From NCBI GenBank assembly GCA_965207375.1, contig OZ242274.1, positions 896,001-960,000 on the forward strand: a stretch of DNA of 64,000 nt, in the 5' to 3' direction. The position numbers and the translations under genes were made by a program. Shown in pieces: positions 1 to 8,812 of the stretch (positions are counted from its first letter, which is position 1; every line of letters begins with the position of its first letter). Under the pieces are notes generated by a model, which worked only from the letters and a program-made list of their open reading frames with translations, searched no databases and was not told where the DNA came from. Origin of the DNA: Nitrosopumilaceae archaeon. GTDB lineage: Archaea > Thermoproteota > Nitrososphaeria > Nitrososphaerales > Nitrosopumilaceae.

Positions 1-480
1 CATAATAAAAAATATCTTAGTTGGTGTACGAAACAAAACAAGGGCATAAGACTAGGTGAAATATCAAAAAGTCTACAAAACGCATATCTGAAAAAATCTC
101 AGGCTGCCCTAAAATCCATGCACATCAATGCAAGAGAAGAAATTAACGAATGGGCAATATCTGCAAGTTATTATGCAAAATACTTTGCAGTATATGCATT
201 ATTGTCTAGATTAGGCATCAAATGTGAGATACATGATTGTACCATTGCTTTGTTTGGTTATCTTTTTAGTCAGGATATATCTGAGATTCTTTTAAAAGAT
301 CTACGTAAATCAAAAGAGGATCGGATAGATGCACAATATTATACATCTGACATGTCAGTTGATCTAACTGATGTTATCTCAAAATGTTGCGATTTTGTAA
401 TTACTATAGAGTCAATAATTGACGGACTAGATCAACAAAAAATAGATCATCTTAGAAAAATAACAAGAGATCTGTTATAG
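1..480 (+). CDS. HEPN domain protein (5'-partial; possible MNT-HEPN toxin)
   Basis: Frame is open from base 1 (HNKKYLSWCTKQ...AYLKKSQAALKSM...). WAISASYYAKYFAVYALL...H...R.DAQY pattern is typical of archaeal HEPN proteins. Confidence 0.7.
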   Translation, partial: HNKKYLSWCTKQNKGIRLGEISKSLQNAYLKKSQAALKSMHINAREEINEWAISASYYAKYFAVYALLSRLGIKCEIHDCTIALFGYLFSQDISEILLKDLRKSKEDRIDAQYYTSDMSVDLTDVISKCCDFVITIESIIDGLDQQKIDHLRKITRDLL

Positions 481-1030
481 TTTTGTTTTTTGATGTCTGT
501 CCCCGAGTTTGTAATTTTTAACTAATAGAAAAGCACGCCTACTCTCTAAATCCAGGTGTGTAAGAACTTTGACTAGGTTTTTACAGTAAAACATGCCCAA
601 TACGTAGAATCAAGACATGGCGCCTAATGGGAAACATATACCTGAACCACTCAATATGATTGGTTCAATGATATTGTGTGCTGTTTGGCAACCTGTAGAA
701 TATTGTGGCAGTTGGTTCAGCTGGCCTGACTGGAGCTAGGACCATTCGGATGGCAACAGAGGCGCATAAAAATCACAAAACTATCTCTAAGGAATATTAG
801 TACATCAAAAAACAAAAGGTACCCAAAATATACGCAGTAAGATCCTCCAGATCACAAACTTAGTTGTAGTTTGTAACGCTTTAACTTTAAGTCACGTGCA
901 TAAAAAATTCCAAACCTATGATTTTTACATGTAATTTAGGTGTGCATTTCATAATCTCAATCTGTTGCAAAAAAACCAAAAGACATTTGTCAATAAAAAA
1001 TTCCTACCAGTCTCAGTTGACTTTTGTACT

Positions 1031-1552
1031 CTAAAGGTCTGGTGGTAAAAAGTCCTTGTCTTTTGTCTCATATTCTTTGGTGGTAAACTCTAGTCTGTAT
1101 GTGGATCCATCTTGGATTGGATGCTTTAGGAATTGTTCTGATTTTACATCATTGACATACAGTGCAGATTTTGATAATTCCATGTCTCTAATTGGATATT
1201 CTGCAATCCATAAAAAGTGACCAATCTCAAAGGTGTGCGCCTTGCTCCATTCTGCATATGCTATGCCGTCATTTGACAAAGTGTACAGGGCCCTTTGACA
1301 CCCGCCGTCCATAAACCCTACATTGGCAGGAACCTCCAACCTGTTATTATCTGCGTATAGTTCAACCTTGAACGAAATCTTCCAATTGGAATCAATATCG
1401 TTAATACATGCACTGTGTGGCTGTGCGTCTAAAAATGGATTTACTACTAGTACCGTTAACATAACTGCAACTGCACCGATTCCTGTACTGATGGCCAGAA
1501 ATCTTATGGTTTTTTTCCTCTTGTAAGGATCAGTAACTCCTGGCCACTTCAT
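1031..1552 (-). CDS. Conserved single-TM hypothetical protein downstream of amoB
   Basis: 173-aa ORF with an N-terminal TM helix and an extracellular domain containing two Cys (SACIND, GGCQR); same strand as amoB. Confidence 0.75.
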   Translation of the reverse strand: MKWPGVTDPYKRKKTIRFLAISTGIGAVAVMLTVLVVNPFLDAQPHSACINDIDSNWKISFKVELYADNNRLEVPANVGFMDGGCQRALYTLSNDGIAYAEWSKAHTFEIGHFLWIAEYPIRDMELSKSALYVNDVKSEQFLKHPIQDGSTYRLEFTTKEYETKDKDFLPPDL

Positions 1553-1659
1553 GATATAATTTCCAAAAGATTACTTAAAGTCTTTTCTAAGCAAATAGGA
1601 TTTTTTTTCTGACATGTCAAAGTTTGATATTTAGAAAATGAAAAGGAAAGATGAGGATT

Positions 1660-2232
1660 TTAGATTACTTGCCAAGGTCGTGTAGCGAATGTGATGACGT
1701 AACCAACACCAATGATTATTGATTGATATGCAATGTTAGTATATGGAATTGCTTTGATAATTGGTTCTCCTTCTACGACAACTGTTTGACCTGGACCTAG
1801 TCCTGGACCTACTTGAGCTACATTGAGTTGTGTGTGTACGTGATATACGCCTGCCTCAAGTGCTTTTGCAGAGATTGAGTATGAGATGACATCGTTACCT
1901 GAAATGTCAAAGACATTGCCTGGTGGATCTCTTGCTAGAATTTCCCATCTGTTACCTGCGTTAGTAGATTCTGAGAAGATAGATACCCATCCTCTAAGGT
2001 CTCTTTCTACTAAGCTGACTAGTTTACCACTTAATGTGAGTACTTCGCCAGTTTGTAAGGATTGTCTGTTGAAGGTTTCATCTTCAATTCTAATGAAACG
2101 GCCCTGAAGTTGTGCCTGAACACCGTGTGCCTCTGCAGGTGGCATGATGGATTCAACCCAGTTGAATCCTAACGTACCTAATGCAAGTACTACTGCGAGT
2201 CCAGTTATGATAAGTTTGTTGTTTGTGATCAT
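1660..2232 (-). CDS. amoB: Archaeal ammonia monooxygenase subunit B
   Basis: Signal peptide followed by AEA|HGVQAQLQ, GVYHVHTQLNV and a C-terminal TM ending TRPWQVI. Confidence 0.97.
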   Translation of the reverse strand: MITNNKLIITGLAVVLALGTLGFNWVESIMPPAEAHGVQAQLQGRFIRIEDETFNRQSLQTGEVLTLSGKLVSLVERDLRGWVSIFSESTNAGNRWEILARDPPGNVFDISGNDVISYSISAKALEAGVYHVHTQLNVAQVGPGLGPGQTVVVEGEPIIKAIPYTNIAYQSIIIGVGYVITFATRPWQVI

Positions 2233-2489
2233 GCTTATCCCTTATATCGTGGAAACAATCTTCGTCGTTATATGTTTTACCTTAATTGCCATGATCGATA
2301 AGATTGGCTTGTTGTTTAACATCAATGCTTAACATTAAAATGTTTAAATTTTATGTTATAATTTATGATGGAAATATCTTAAATTTATATAATTTTCATA
2401 GTATTTTTCCTCTTACATTCTAATTATCAAAAAAAATTGCTCTTATTTGAAACCCTTACTTTATATCTAAAACCTACATCATTGTAATC

Positions 2490-3053
2490 ATGGCACAAAT
2501 GCCGGCATTAATCCCAAAAGAAGTTGAGATTCAGAGACTAAAGAAAATCTGGCTCATCGTTATTGCTATGGGATCAACTGCAGCATCAGTCGAAGTGGAT
2601 AACTTCGTTGATGGTTCTCTACATCAAACATCTATCAGAGACAGCGCATTTACTCCAGCACATTGGTGGCTATATTCACACTTTGTAGCATTACCACTTG
2701 GATGGGGTTCAGTTGCAATCTATGATAGAAAAGTTCCAGTTCTCAGAGGTCCAAACAACTCAATGAACACTGGTCTCAAGATGACCATTCTAGGTTACTT
2801 GGCAACCATGTTTACAATTGGAGTCAATGAGATGTGGCACTTTTGGTTTGTAGAAGAAATCTTTGCAGTTCCAAATCACTGGATGTTTAACATGGGTGTA
2901 GTTGTTGCATTCATGGGAGCACTTGCGTACGTAGTCCGAGTTTATGCTCGACTTGTAGAATTAGGTGCAGAAACACCAGGTGAGAACCCATACGTTGCTG
3001 AAATGTACAAGATGGCCTTGGAAGGCAAACTGTACAGTAGAGCAATCCCATAG
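2490..3053 (+). CDS. amoC: Archaeal ammonia monooxygenase subunit C
   Basis: MAQMPALIPKEVEIQRLKK start; VDGSLHQTSIRDSAFTPAH and NEMWHFWFVEE motifs. Confidence 0.98.
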   Translation: MAQMPALIPKEVEIQRLKKIWLIVIAMGSTAASVEVDNFVDGSLHQTSIRDSAFTPAHWWLYSHFVALPLGWGSVAIYDRKVPVLRGPNNSMNTGLKMTILGYLATMFTIGVNEMWHFWFVEEIFAVPNHWMFNMGVVVAFMGALAYVVRVYARLVELGAETPGENPYVAEMYKMALEGKLYSRAIP

Positions 3054-3070
3054 ACACAGTGCAATCGCAC

Positions 3071-3091
3071 TTTTCTTTTCATTTTTTGATT
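3071..3091 (+). terminator. U-rich archaeal terminator after amoC
   Basis: ttttcttttcattttttgatt lies 18 nt after the amoC stop. Confidence 0.55.
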
Positions 3092-3225
3092 CAAACAAAC
3101 TTGAATATTGTATTGCCCTTTTCTGTTTTTGATTATCTAAATAATCAAAGTTAGCATTGTACAGTAGAATCTAGACAGAATACATCAGAAATGATTTTTT
3201 GCACATATCTTGTGGTACAATTTTT

Positions 3226-3316
3226 GTACAAACTCAGGTCGCCACCAACTTCATGCCTAATTTTTGAATCTACTTGAAAATTTTATGCCTGAAAAATTTA
3301 CGACCTGAGTATGTAC
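3226..3316. mobile_element. 91-bp MITE between amoC and amoX
   Basis: 16-bp TIRs gtacaaactcaggtcg / cgacctgagtatgtac (1 mismatch), flanked by the 8-bp direct repeat caattttt (3218-3225 and 3317-3324). Related copies start at 8367 and 57219. Confidence 0.8.
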
Positions 3317-3324
3317 CAATTTTT

Positions 3325-3990
3325 GGTGTTATCTGTAACTCTCGGATTGGAATTAGATACGAACCGTGGGGAGTGGTTCAATAAGATACAATACATGTCT
3401 GGATGATTAGATGAATTTTTAGAGATATGACGACGTGGTGTGAATCTGAATATGGGCAATTTTCCAGAGTTATTCAGTCATTACCATCTAGATTCAATGT
3501 TTTGCATCGGCTTGGGCGCTCTTGTAAAATAACTTGATAATCTTTGCGTAACATAGAATCATAGCACCGTTACAAACCATCTCATCATAATGATGCGCGT
3601 CATAGGGAGGAAAGGCCGCCCAAGAATCAAACTATGAAATGTTGTTTTACCGTGTGCTCTGATCTTATGTCTGATGATTCAGCCTATGATCTCATGGTGA
3701 CTCTTTAATCTGTTTGTCATACCTGAAGAAGGTATCAGAAGAGTTGTCTAGATGTCCCTATCCTTTGGTATTGAATTCTATACTGTGTATCGACTTGTGA
3801 AATAATATGTGTAAAATCATTCAAACCATGAAGGTATACCACTTTCATGATCTTGAGTAATAGACTAAATTCGGCATGACGAGTTTGGTTAACATAGATG
3901 CGTGGACAGTGCATAAAATCGGATATGCGGACACAATAAACATAGCCTCTTACGATCTGACTAATTTGCATCTGCCAGAATAGCACAACC
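3325..3990 (+). pseudogene. Heavily decayed transposase relic, IS1-like
   Basis: No intact ORF. Fragments IGRKGRPR (~3602-3625) and a frameshifted tail ending WTVHKI (~3870-3920) recall IS1-family C-termini (TPAMxAGLTDxxWT). Weak GG-starting inverted ends. Confidence 0.4.
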
Positions 3991-4047
3991 GGAACTATCG
4001 ATGATTTAAGAAAGACTTAAAAAGATTCTAAATGGTATAAATCCAGA

Positions 4048-4410
4048 ATGACTCTTCCTAAAGGATTCGGTTCAGCAGGCGGTTCTGGCGGTTCAAGCGC
4101 AGACGTCGAAAAAATGATCGGCCGTCGTGTCGAGAATATGACTGGAATAATTACATTATCCTTTATCGCAGCATGGCTAGCAACATTTGGAGGAACTGCA
4201 GCAGGATATTTCTATTATCCTTGGGCATATCCAACACCAAGTGGTCACTATGCGTTCATTGTCCTCACAATTATCGAGGCAATTGGCTACATCTTCTCAG
4301 TTAAGGTCTGTGAAGAGGGTTCCAATAAGAATAGCAATGGCCTCGTAGGCGGTGTAATAGCAGCCGTAGCCGTTGGTACAGTAATTATCTCCTTGTACGT
4401 AGGAAACTAG
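4048..4410 (+). CDS. amoX: Ammonia monooxygenase-associated subunit AmoX
   Basis: MTLPKGFG...DVEKMIGRRVENM, YYPWAYPTPSGHYAF, three TM helices; directly upstream of amoA. Confidence 0.93.
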   Translation: MTLPKGFGSAGGSGGSSADVEKMIGRRVENMTGIITLSFIAAWLATFGGTAAGYFYYPWAYPTPSGHYAFIVLTIIEAIGYIFSVKVCEEGSNKNSNGLVGGVIAAVAVGTVIISLYVGN

Positions 4411-4488
4411 AAGGACATTCCTTCGGATTTTCTCTTTTTAATTTTGATTTCAAAGGCTAATTTCTGCGATCTTCATCGCGTGGTAAAA

Positions 4489-4497
4489 TTTTATATA
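4489..4497 (+). promoter_or_regulatory. TATA box of amoA (leaderless-type spacing)
   Basis: tttttatata about 24 nt upstream of the amoA ATG. Confidence 0.6.
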
Positions 4498-4520
4498 CTG
4501 ACTACTTTATCATTTTTTTA

Positions 4521-5171
4521 ATGGTCTGGCTTAGACGATGTACTCACTATTTATTCATAGTAGTGGTTGCAGTTAATTCGACCCTGTTAACAATTAACGC
4601 AGGAGACTACATCTTCTACACAGACTGGGCCTGGACATCGTTTGTAGTATTTTCAATATCGCAAACGCTTATGCTTGCAGTTGGTGCAGCATATTATCTA
4701 ACCTTCACAGGTGTTCCAGGAACAGCAACGTACTACGCATTAATTATGACTGTATACACGTGGATTGCAAAAGGTGCATGGTTTGCACTAGGATATCCAT
4801 ATGACTTCATTGTTACTCCAGTATGGCTACCATCAGCAATGTTGATGGATTTGGTATATTGGGCTACAAAGAAGAACAAGCACAGCTTGATACTGTTTGG
4901 CGGAGTACTAGTAGGAATGTCTTTACCATTGTTCAACATGGTAAACCTGATTACGGTCGCAGACCCACTTGAAACGGCCTTCAAGTATCCAAGACCAACA
5001 TTACCACCATACATGACACCAATTGAACCGCAAGTCGGCAAGTTCTATAACAGTCCGGTTGCATTGGGTGCAGGAGCTGGTGCTGTTTTGGCGTGTACTT
5101 TCATGGCGTTGGGTTGTAAACTCAATACTTGGACTTACAGATGGATGGCTGCATGGTCAAAGTGGGACTAA
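4521..5171 (+). CDS. amoA: Archaeal ammonia monooxygenase subunit A
   Basis: MVWLRRCTHYLF...AGDYIFYTDWAW...WMAAWSKWD, 216 aa. Confidence 0.99.
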   Translation: MVWLRRCTHYLFIVVVAVNSTLLTINAGDYIFYTDWAWTSFVVFSISQTLMLAVGAAYYLTFTGVPGTATYYALIMTVYTWIAKGAWFALGYPYDFIVTPVWLPSAMLMDLVYWATKKNKHSLILFGGVLVGMSLPLFNMVNLITVADPLETAFKYPRPTLPPYMTPIEPQVGKFYNSPVALGAGAGAVLACTFMALGCKLNTWTYRWMAAWSKWD

Positions 5172-5305
5172 CCAATCCAACCTCTTTTCATTTTGTTAGA
5201 TTTTCTATAACGCATGTTATGCATGGTTATATTTACTAAAAAAATATTGAATAACTTGTGATCTTTTGTTGTCTATCTTGACAATATGTGATTCTGTGAT
5301 TAGTA

Positions 5306-6166
5306 ATGGTGAAGCAACAATACGGTCAGGTTTTACTATCCCCAAAACCATTTGTAAAATGGGCAGGCGGCAAGAGACAGCTACTGTCTACCTTGGAGCA
5401 AAATTTCCCCTCAAAGTTTGAAACATATTTTGAGCCATTTTTGGGCGGCGGTGCCATGCTGTTTCACATACTTACTTTTTCACCAAATCAAAAATGCCGC
5501 GTATCTGATTTGAATTCTGATCTGATATTGACCTATGTTACAATTCGAGACAAGGTTGAACCCTTGATATCCTCACTCAAAGATCACGCAAAAAACTATA
5601 ACAAAGATTCTAAAACATATTATTATCATATCAGAGATGCCACCCCTAGGAGCCAAATTGAAAAGGCATCTAGACTAATCTTCCTTAATCGTACCTGTTT
5701 TAATGGGCTGTATAGAGTAAACAGCAAGGGAAAATTCAACGTTCCATTGGGCAGATATGCCAATCCAAACATTACAAATGAAGAGAATCTACGCACAGTC
5801 AGCCAAATTTTACAGTCAAAAAACGTGGATATTTCGTGCCGTGATTTTTCCTCAATTTTAGATAATACGTCAAAGGACGACCTGGTCTATTTTGATCCGC
5901 CATATCACCCGATTAGCTCAACTGCCAATTTTACCAGCTATACCAATTGTGATTTTGGAACACAAGATCTTGAAAAGCTTGTCAAGCTTTGCGAGGATTT
6001 GGACAACAAGGATGTCAAAGTGATACTGTCAAATTCTGATTCAAAAAAGGTCTCTGATCTATTCCCAAGTAAATGGAGAAAACAAAAAATTGCTGCAAAT
6101 CGAGCAATTAACTCTGACTCTAAAAAGAGGACCGGTCATTACGAGTTGTTGATTACAAATTACTAA
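5306..6166 (+). CDS. dam: DNA adenine methyltransferase (Dam/D12 class)
   Basis: KWAGGK, EPFLGGG, FNGLYRVN and DPPY motifs. Confidence 0.92.
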   Translation: MVKQQYGQVLLSPKPFVKWAGGKRQLLSTLEQNFPSKFETYFEPFLGGGAMLFHILTFSPNQKCRVSDLNSDLILTYVTIRDKVEPLISSLKDHAKNYNKDSKTYYYHIRDATPRSQIEKASRLIFLNRTCFNGLYRVNSKGKFNVPLGRYANPNITNEENLRTVSQILQSKNVDISCRDFSSILDNTSKDDLVYFDPPYHPISSTANFTSYTNCDFGTQDLEKLVKLCEDLDNKDVKVILSNSDSKKVSDLFPSKWRKQKIAANRAINSDSKKRTGHYELLITNY

Positions 6167-6343
6167 CTGCTTGGAATCAACTATACAAAACAAGATGTTT
6201 GTCTTGGATGTAATTCCAATCATAAATTTTCCAACGGTATGAATCAGTTGATATGTCTCAAGTTTTGAGCTTGATGGATTCTATGCACACAAATTCCTAA
6301 AGATAGAAAACACGTCATACCAAATCATCTTGCACAAAACTAA

Positions 6344-6417
6344 AGCTCCGAGCGGGATCTGAACCCGCGACCTTTACCTTACCAAGGTAACGCTCTACCA
6401 GGCTGAGCTATCGGAGC
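6344..6417 (-). tRNA. tRNA-Thr(GGT)
   Basis: Cloverleaf on the minus strand; anticodon arm ttacc-ttGGTaa-ggtaa. Confidence 0.95.
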
Positions 6418-6509
6418 ACAACGTTTTGCAGTATGAATTCCTTATTAATTCTTGATTATTCTTTAAAAGTCTCTAAACTGTTAAATTTCTGTGATTTTTA
6501 GGATCACTT

Positions 6510-6630
6510 GGAGGAGTAATCAAGCCTGGCCAAAGTAAGCTGTTCGGCTTTTGGAAATGCAGGACTTAAGATCAAATAATGGGTGATCCTGTCTCTCAGG
6601 AGTTCGTGGGTTCAAATCCCACCTCCTCCA
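6510..6630 (+). tRNA. tRNA-Leu(TAA) with two introns (~6536-6556 in the D arm; 6571-6585 at 37/38)
   Basis: Acceptor ggaggag/ctcctcc, long variable arm, cagga-ctTAAga-tcctg after splicing; BHB motifs at both introns. Confidence 0.85.
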
Positions 6631-6633
6631 CTG

Positions 6634-7020
6634 TTATTTTGGATTTTTAATTCCCTTGGCGTTTAAAACCTCGTATACATCTGGCAGTGACCAAACAAAT
6701 CCAACATGTACACAATCCTTTTCCTCACATAACATACAGTATAATTCGCCTTTTTGAATTGCAATCTCTGCAATCCTGTTTTTGAGATTGTCCTTTAGAA
6801 TCACCCTGTCCTCATCAACTGAAATCTTTTCTAGTTTGGGAGCATATCTTGCAAAGGTCTCATCCTTTTGCATCATCTCCTCTAGCATGTACGTTACATA
6901 TCCTGCAAAACTATTGACTCCCTTCATTGTCAGGGCGTTCTTATTTTTCTGATAAACATCCTGGAATTTATCATAGACTGATTCTGAAACTGTTATTGAT
7001 TTGAAACCGGCTTTTGGCAT
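6634..7020 (-). CDS. Conserved hypothetical protein (RHH-like N-terminus, C-terminal CxxCxxxxCxH zinc site)
   Basis: KSITVSESVYDKF; CMLCEEKDCVH. Confidence 0.75.
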   Translation of the reverse strand: MPKAGFKSITVSESVYDKFQDVYQKNKNALTMKGVNSFAGYVTYMLEEMMQKDETFARYAPKLEKISVDEDRVILKDNLKNRIAEIAIQKGELYCMLCEEKDCVHVGFVWSLPDVYEVLNAKGIKNPK

Positions 7021-7139
7021 TTTACTTTTCCCTTACCGTACTATACAGTACAGAACTATATAACGGTTATTCTGGCATTTTATTTGACCTGCACTTTACT
7101 GAAATTAGACTTTATACCGCACTGTACAATTAATTCATT

Positions 7140-8039
7140 ATGACTAGAGGCTACAAAACAGAACAACTCAAACAGCAGATTGTTGATTTGTTAGGTGATT
7201 CTAAGACGGGATTATCTGGCGTTGAGATTTCTGAAAAACTTGGAATAAGCAGGGTAACTATGACAAAGTATCTAGGTATATTTGCAGCAGAGGGCCTAAT
7301 CAATCAAAAAAACATTGGAAATATCACGTTATGGTTTGTAGATGATGATATTGAGCAGTTTGATTTTCCAAATGATTATTTTACTGTACAAAAGAAATAC
7401 TCTGAACTTTTAACAAAGTTTTCCCAGAGGCAAATATCTAGACTTGTACAAAACTGCATACATTCTGGTGCTAGTGTCTCAAAGATGATAAACGAGGTCA
7501 TAGTTCCATCTATTTCAACAATAAATGATCTATTTGATGACGGCAAGATAGGTACTGCAGAGGAGAACCTGCTTAGAAACATTGTTTCTGAATCCATCAA
7601 AATACTAGATGCCACTCGTCACCTTGAGGATCCTGCAAAAAATGTAATTATACTATCTGCTGATTCTGACAGTCAGCTGATATCTGATGCCTCATCTACA
7701 CTTTATCATTCAGAGAATTGGACCGTTTTTTCATTAGGTGATATGGCCTCGTCTGCTGATGTGTTGTTTGATTTAGATCTGCAAAAATTACTGTCTAAAA
7801 TATGGAGGAAAAAAACCGAAATAATGCTAGTTACTGTATTTTCTAATTCTGTGGAAGGCCTAAACTTTTTTGCAGAGTCAATTAACATCGTAAAAGAAAA
7901 GTCCGGAAAAAAACTATTCTCAATTCTTTGCGGTCCGGTTGATAAAAAGACTAAACTCGATGCAGACTTGGTAACTGCAGATTTGAATACTATCTTGCAA
8001 TGGTCTGAAACCGTCTTTCAAAGTCATGTAAATAGATGA
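7140..8039 (+). CDS. HTH transcriptional regulator with a degenerate B12-binding-like domain
   Basis: N-terminal HTH (GLSGVEISEKLGISRVTMTKYL); cap-like segment LFDDGKIGTAEENLL; Rossmann-like C-terminus. Confidence 0.7.
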   Translation: MTRGYKTEQLKQQIVDLLGDSKTGLSGVEISEKLGISRVTMTKYLGIFAAEGLINQKNIGNITLWFVDDDIEQFDFPNDYFTVQKKYSELLTKFSQRQISRLVQNCIHSGASVSKMINEVIVPSISTINDLFDDGKIGTAEENLLRNIVSESIKILDATRHLEDPAKNVIILSADSDSQLISDASSTLYHSENWTVFSLGDMASSADVLFDLDLQKLLSKIWRKKTEIMLVTVFSNSVEGLNFFAESINIVKEKSGKKLFSILCGPVDKKTKLDADLVTADLNTILQWSETVFQSHVNR

Positions 8040-8042
8040 GCT

Positions 8043-8231
8043 TTGGTTGCTCCCCGTGCCATCAAAGAGATTGAGATACTGTCAAAGGCATATCGTCGTA
8101 GGTGTGCAATAGAGACAGGCTACAGACAGGAACAATACAGACCTAGAACTAGTCGCAATCATCTGTTTCAAACTTTTTTGTTTTTTATTTCTGTTTTCAT
8201 GCGCAACATGTTGGGCATTAAGGTACCCTGA
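8043..8231 (+). pseudogene. IS4/ISH3-like transposase C-terminal remnant
   Basis: YRRRCAIETGYR (YRxRWxIETxYR motif) followed by RPRTSRNHLFQTFLFFISVFMRN; short and truncated. Confidence 0.75.
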
Positions 8232-8366
8232 TGACGTCCCACAGTCAAGCATGACAATGAGGCAAATGATCGGTGCAGTTATGGTATGTGCTGTACAATA
8301 TATCCGAATTGTTGGAATGCCGTATGATGCAGGTGGCGCAGGATAATGGGTGAATTTCCATCTACT

Positions 8367-8427
8367 GTACATACTTATCGTCTATTTTTCAGACAACAGA
8401 ATTTCACTTGTTCAAAACTAGACACTA
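8367..8427. repeat. Degenerate partial copy of the amoC-amoX MITE
   Basis: gtacatact..atttttcag..cagaatttca..ttcaaaa aligns by eye with the reverse complement of 3250-3316 and with 57219-57280. Confidence 0.5.
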
Positions 8428-8503
8428 GTTTGAAAATGATTACCATGCGGGAAATTTTTTTACATAAACTAGAATGTAGGCGTTCTACTAGAGTTCCACA
8501 AGA

Positions 8504-8800
8504 TCATACTTTCTTTATACGAGTAATCAATTTATTTACAAACCATGCAATCGGCAACCAAAATATAATATTTGCTATAACAGACAACAACAAACCAACA
8601 ACTAATCTAGATTCATTTGACATTGATACCGTATCAAAAAGAAGGTAACCTGTGATGGTCCACATGGTAGTTGCAACAATATTTAAATTCATCAATACCA
8701 TATTCTCACCCTCGATAGGGGATACAGCTAATCCTATGATATTAATAAGAAAACCATAAAGTGGAAATCCGATGTATAGTGCAAGTTTTAATTTTTTCAT
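8504..8800 (-). CDS. Small three-TM membrane protein
   Basis: 98 aa, hydrophobic; starts 12 nt after the stop of the upstream secreted-protein gene. Confidence 0.7.
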   Translation of the reverse strand: MKKLKLALYIGFPLYGFLINIIGLAVSPIEGENMVLMNLNIVATTMWTITGYLLFDTVSMSNESRLVVGLLLSVIANIIFWLPIAWFVNKLITRIKKV

Positions 8801-8812
8801 GATAAAAAAAGG

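Noticed and set aside
481-1020. Long ORF-free gap, possibly an IS relic
   Set aside because: No TIR/TSD or transposase motif I could identify.
3735-3986. 83-aa minus-strand ORF between amoC and amoX as a new amo gene
   Set aside because: No TM or recognisable motif and a non-ATG start; better explained as antisense to a decayed transposase.
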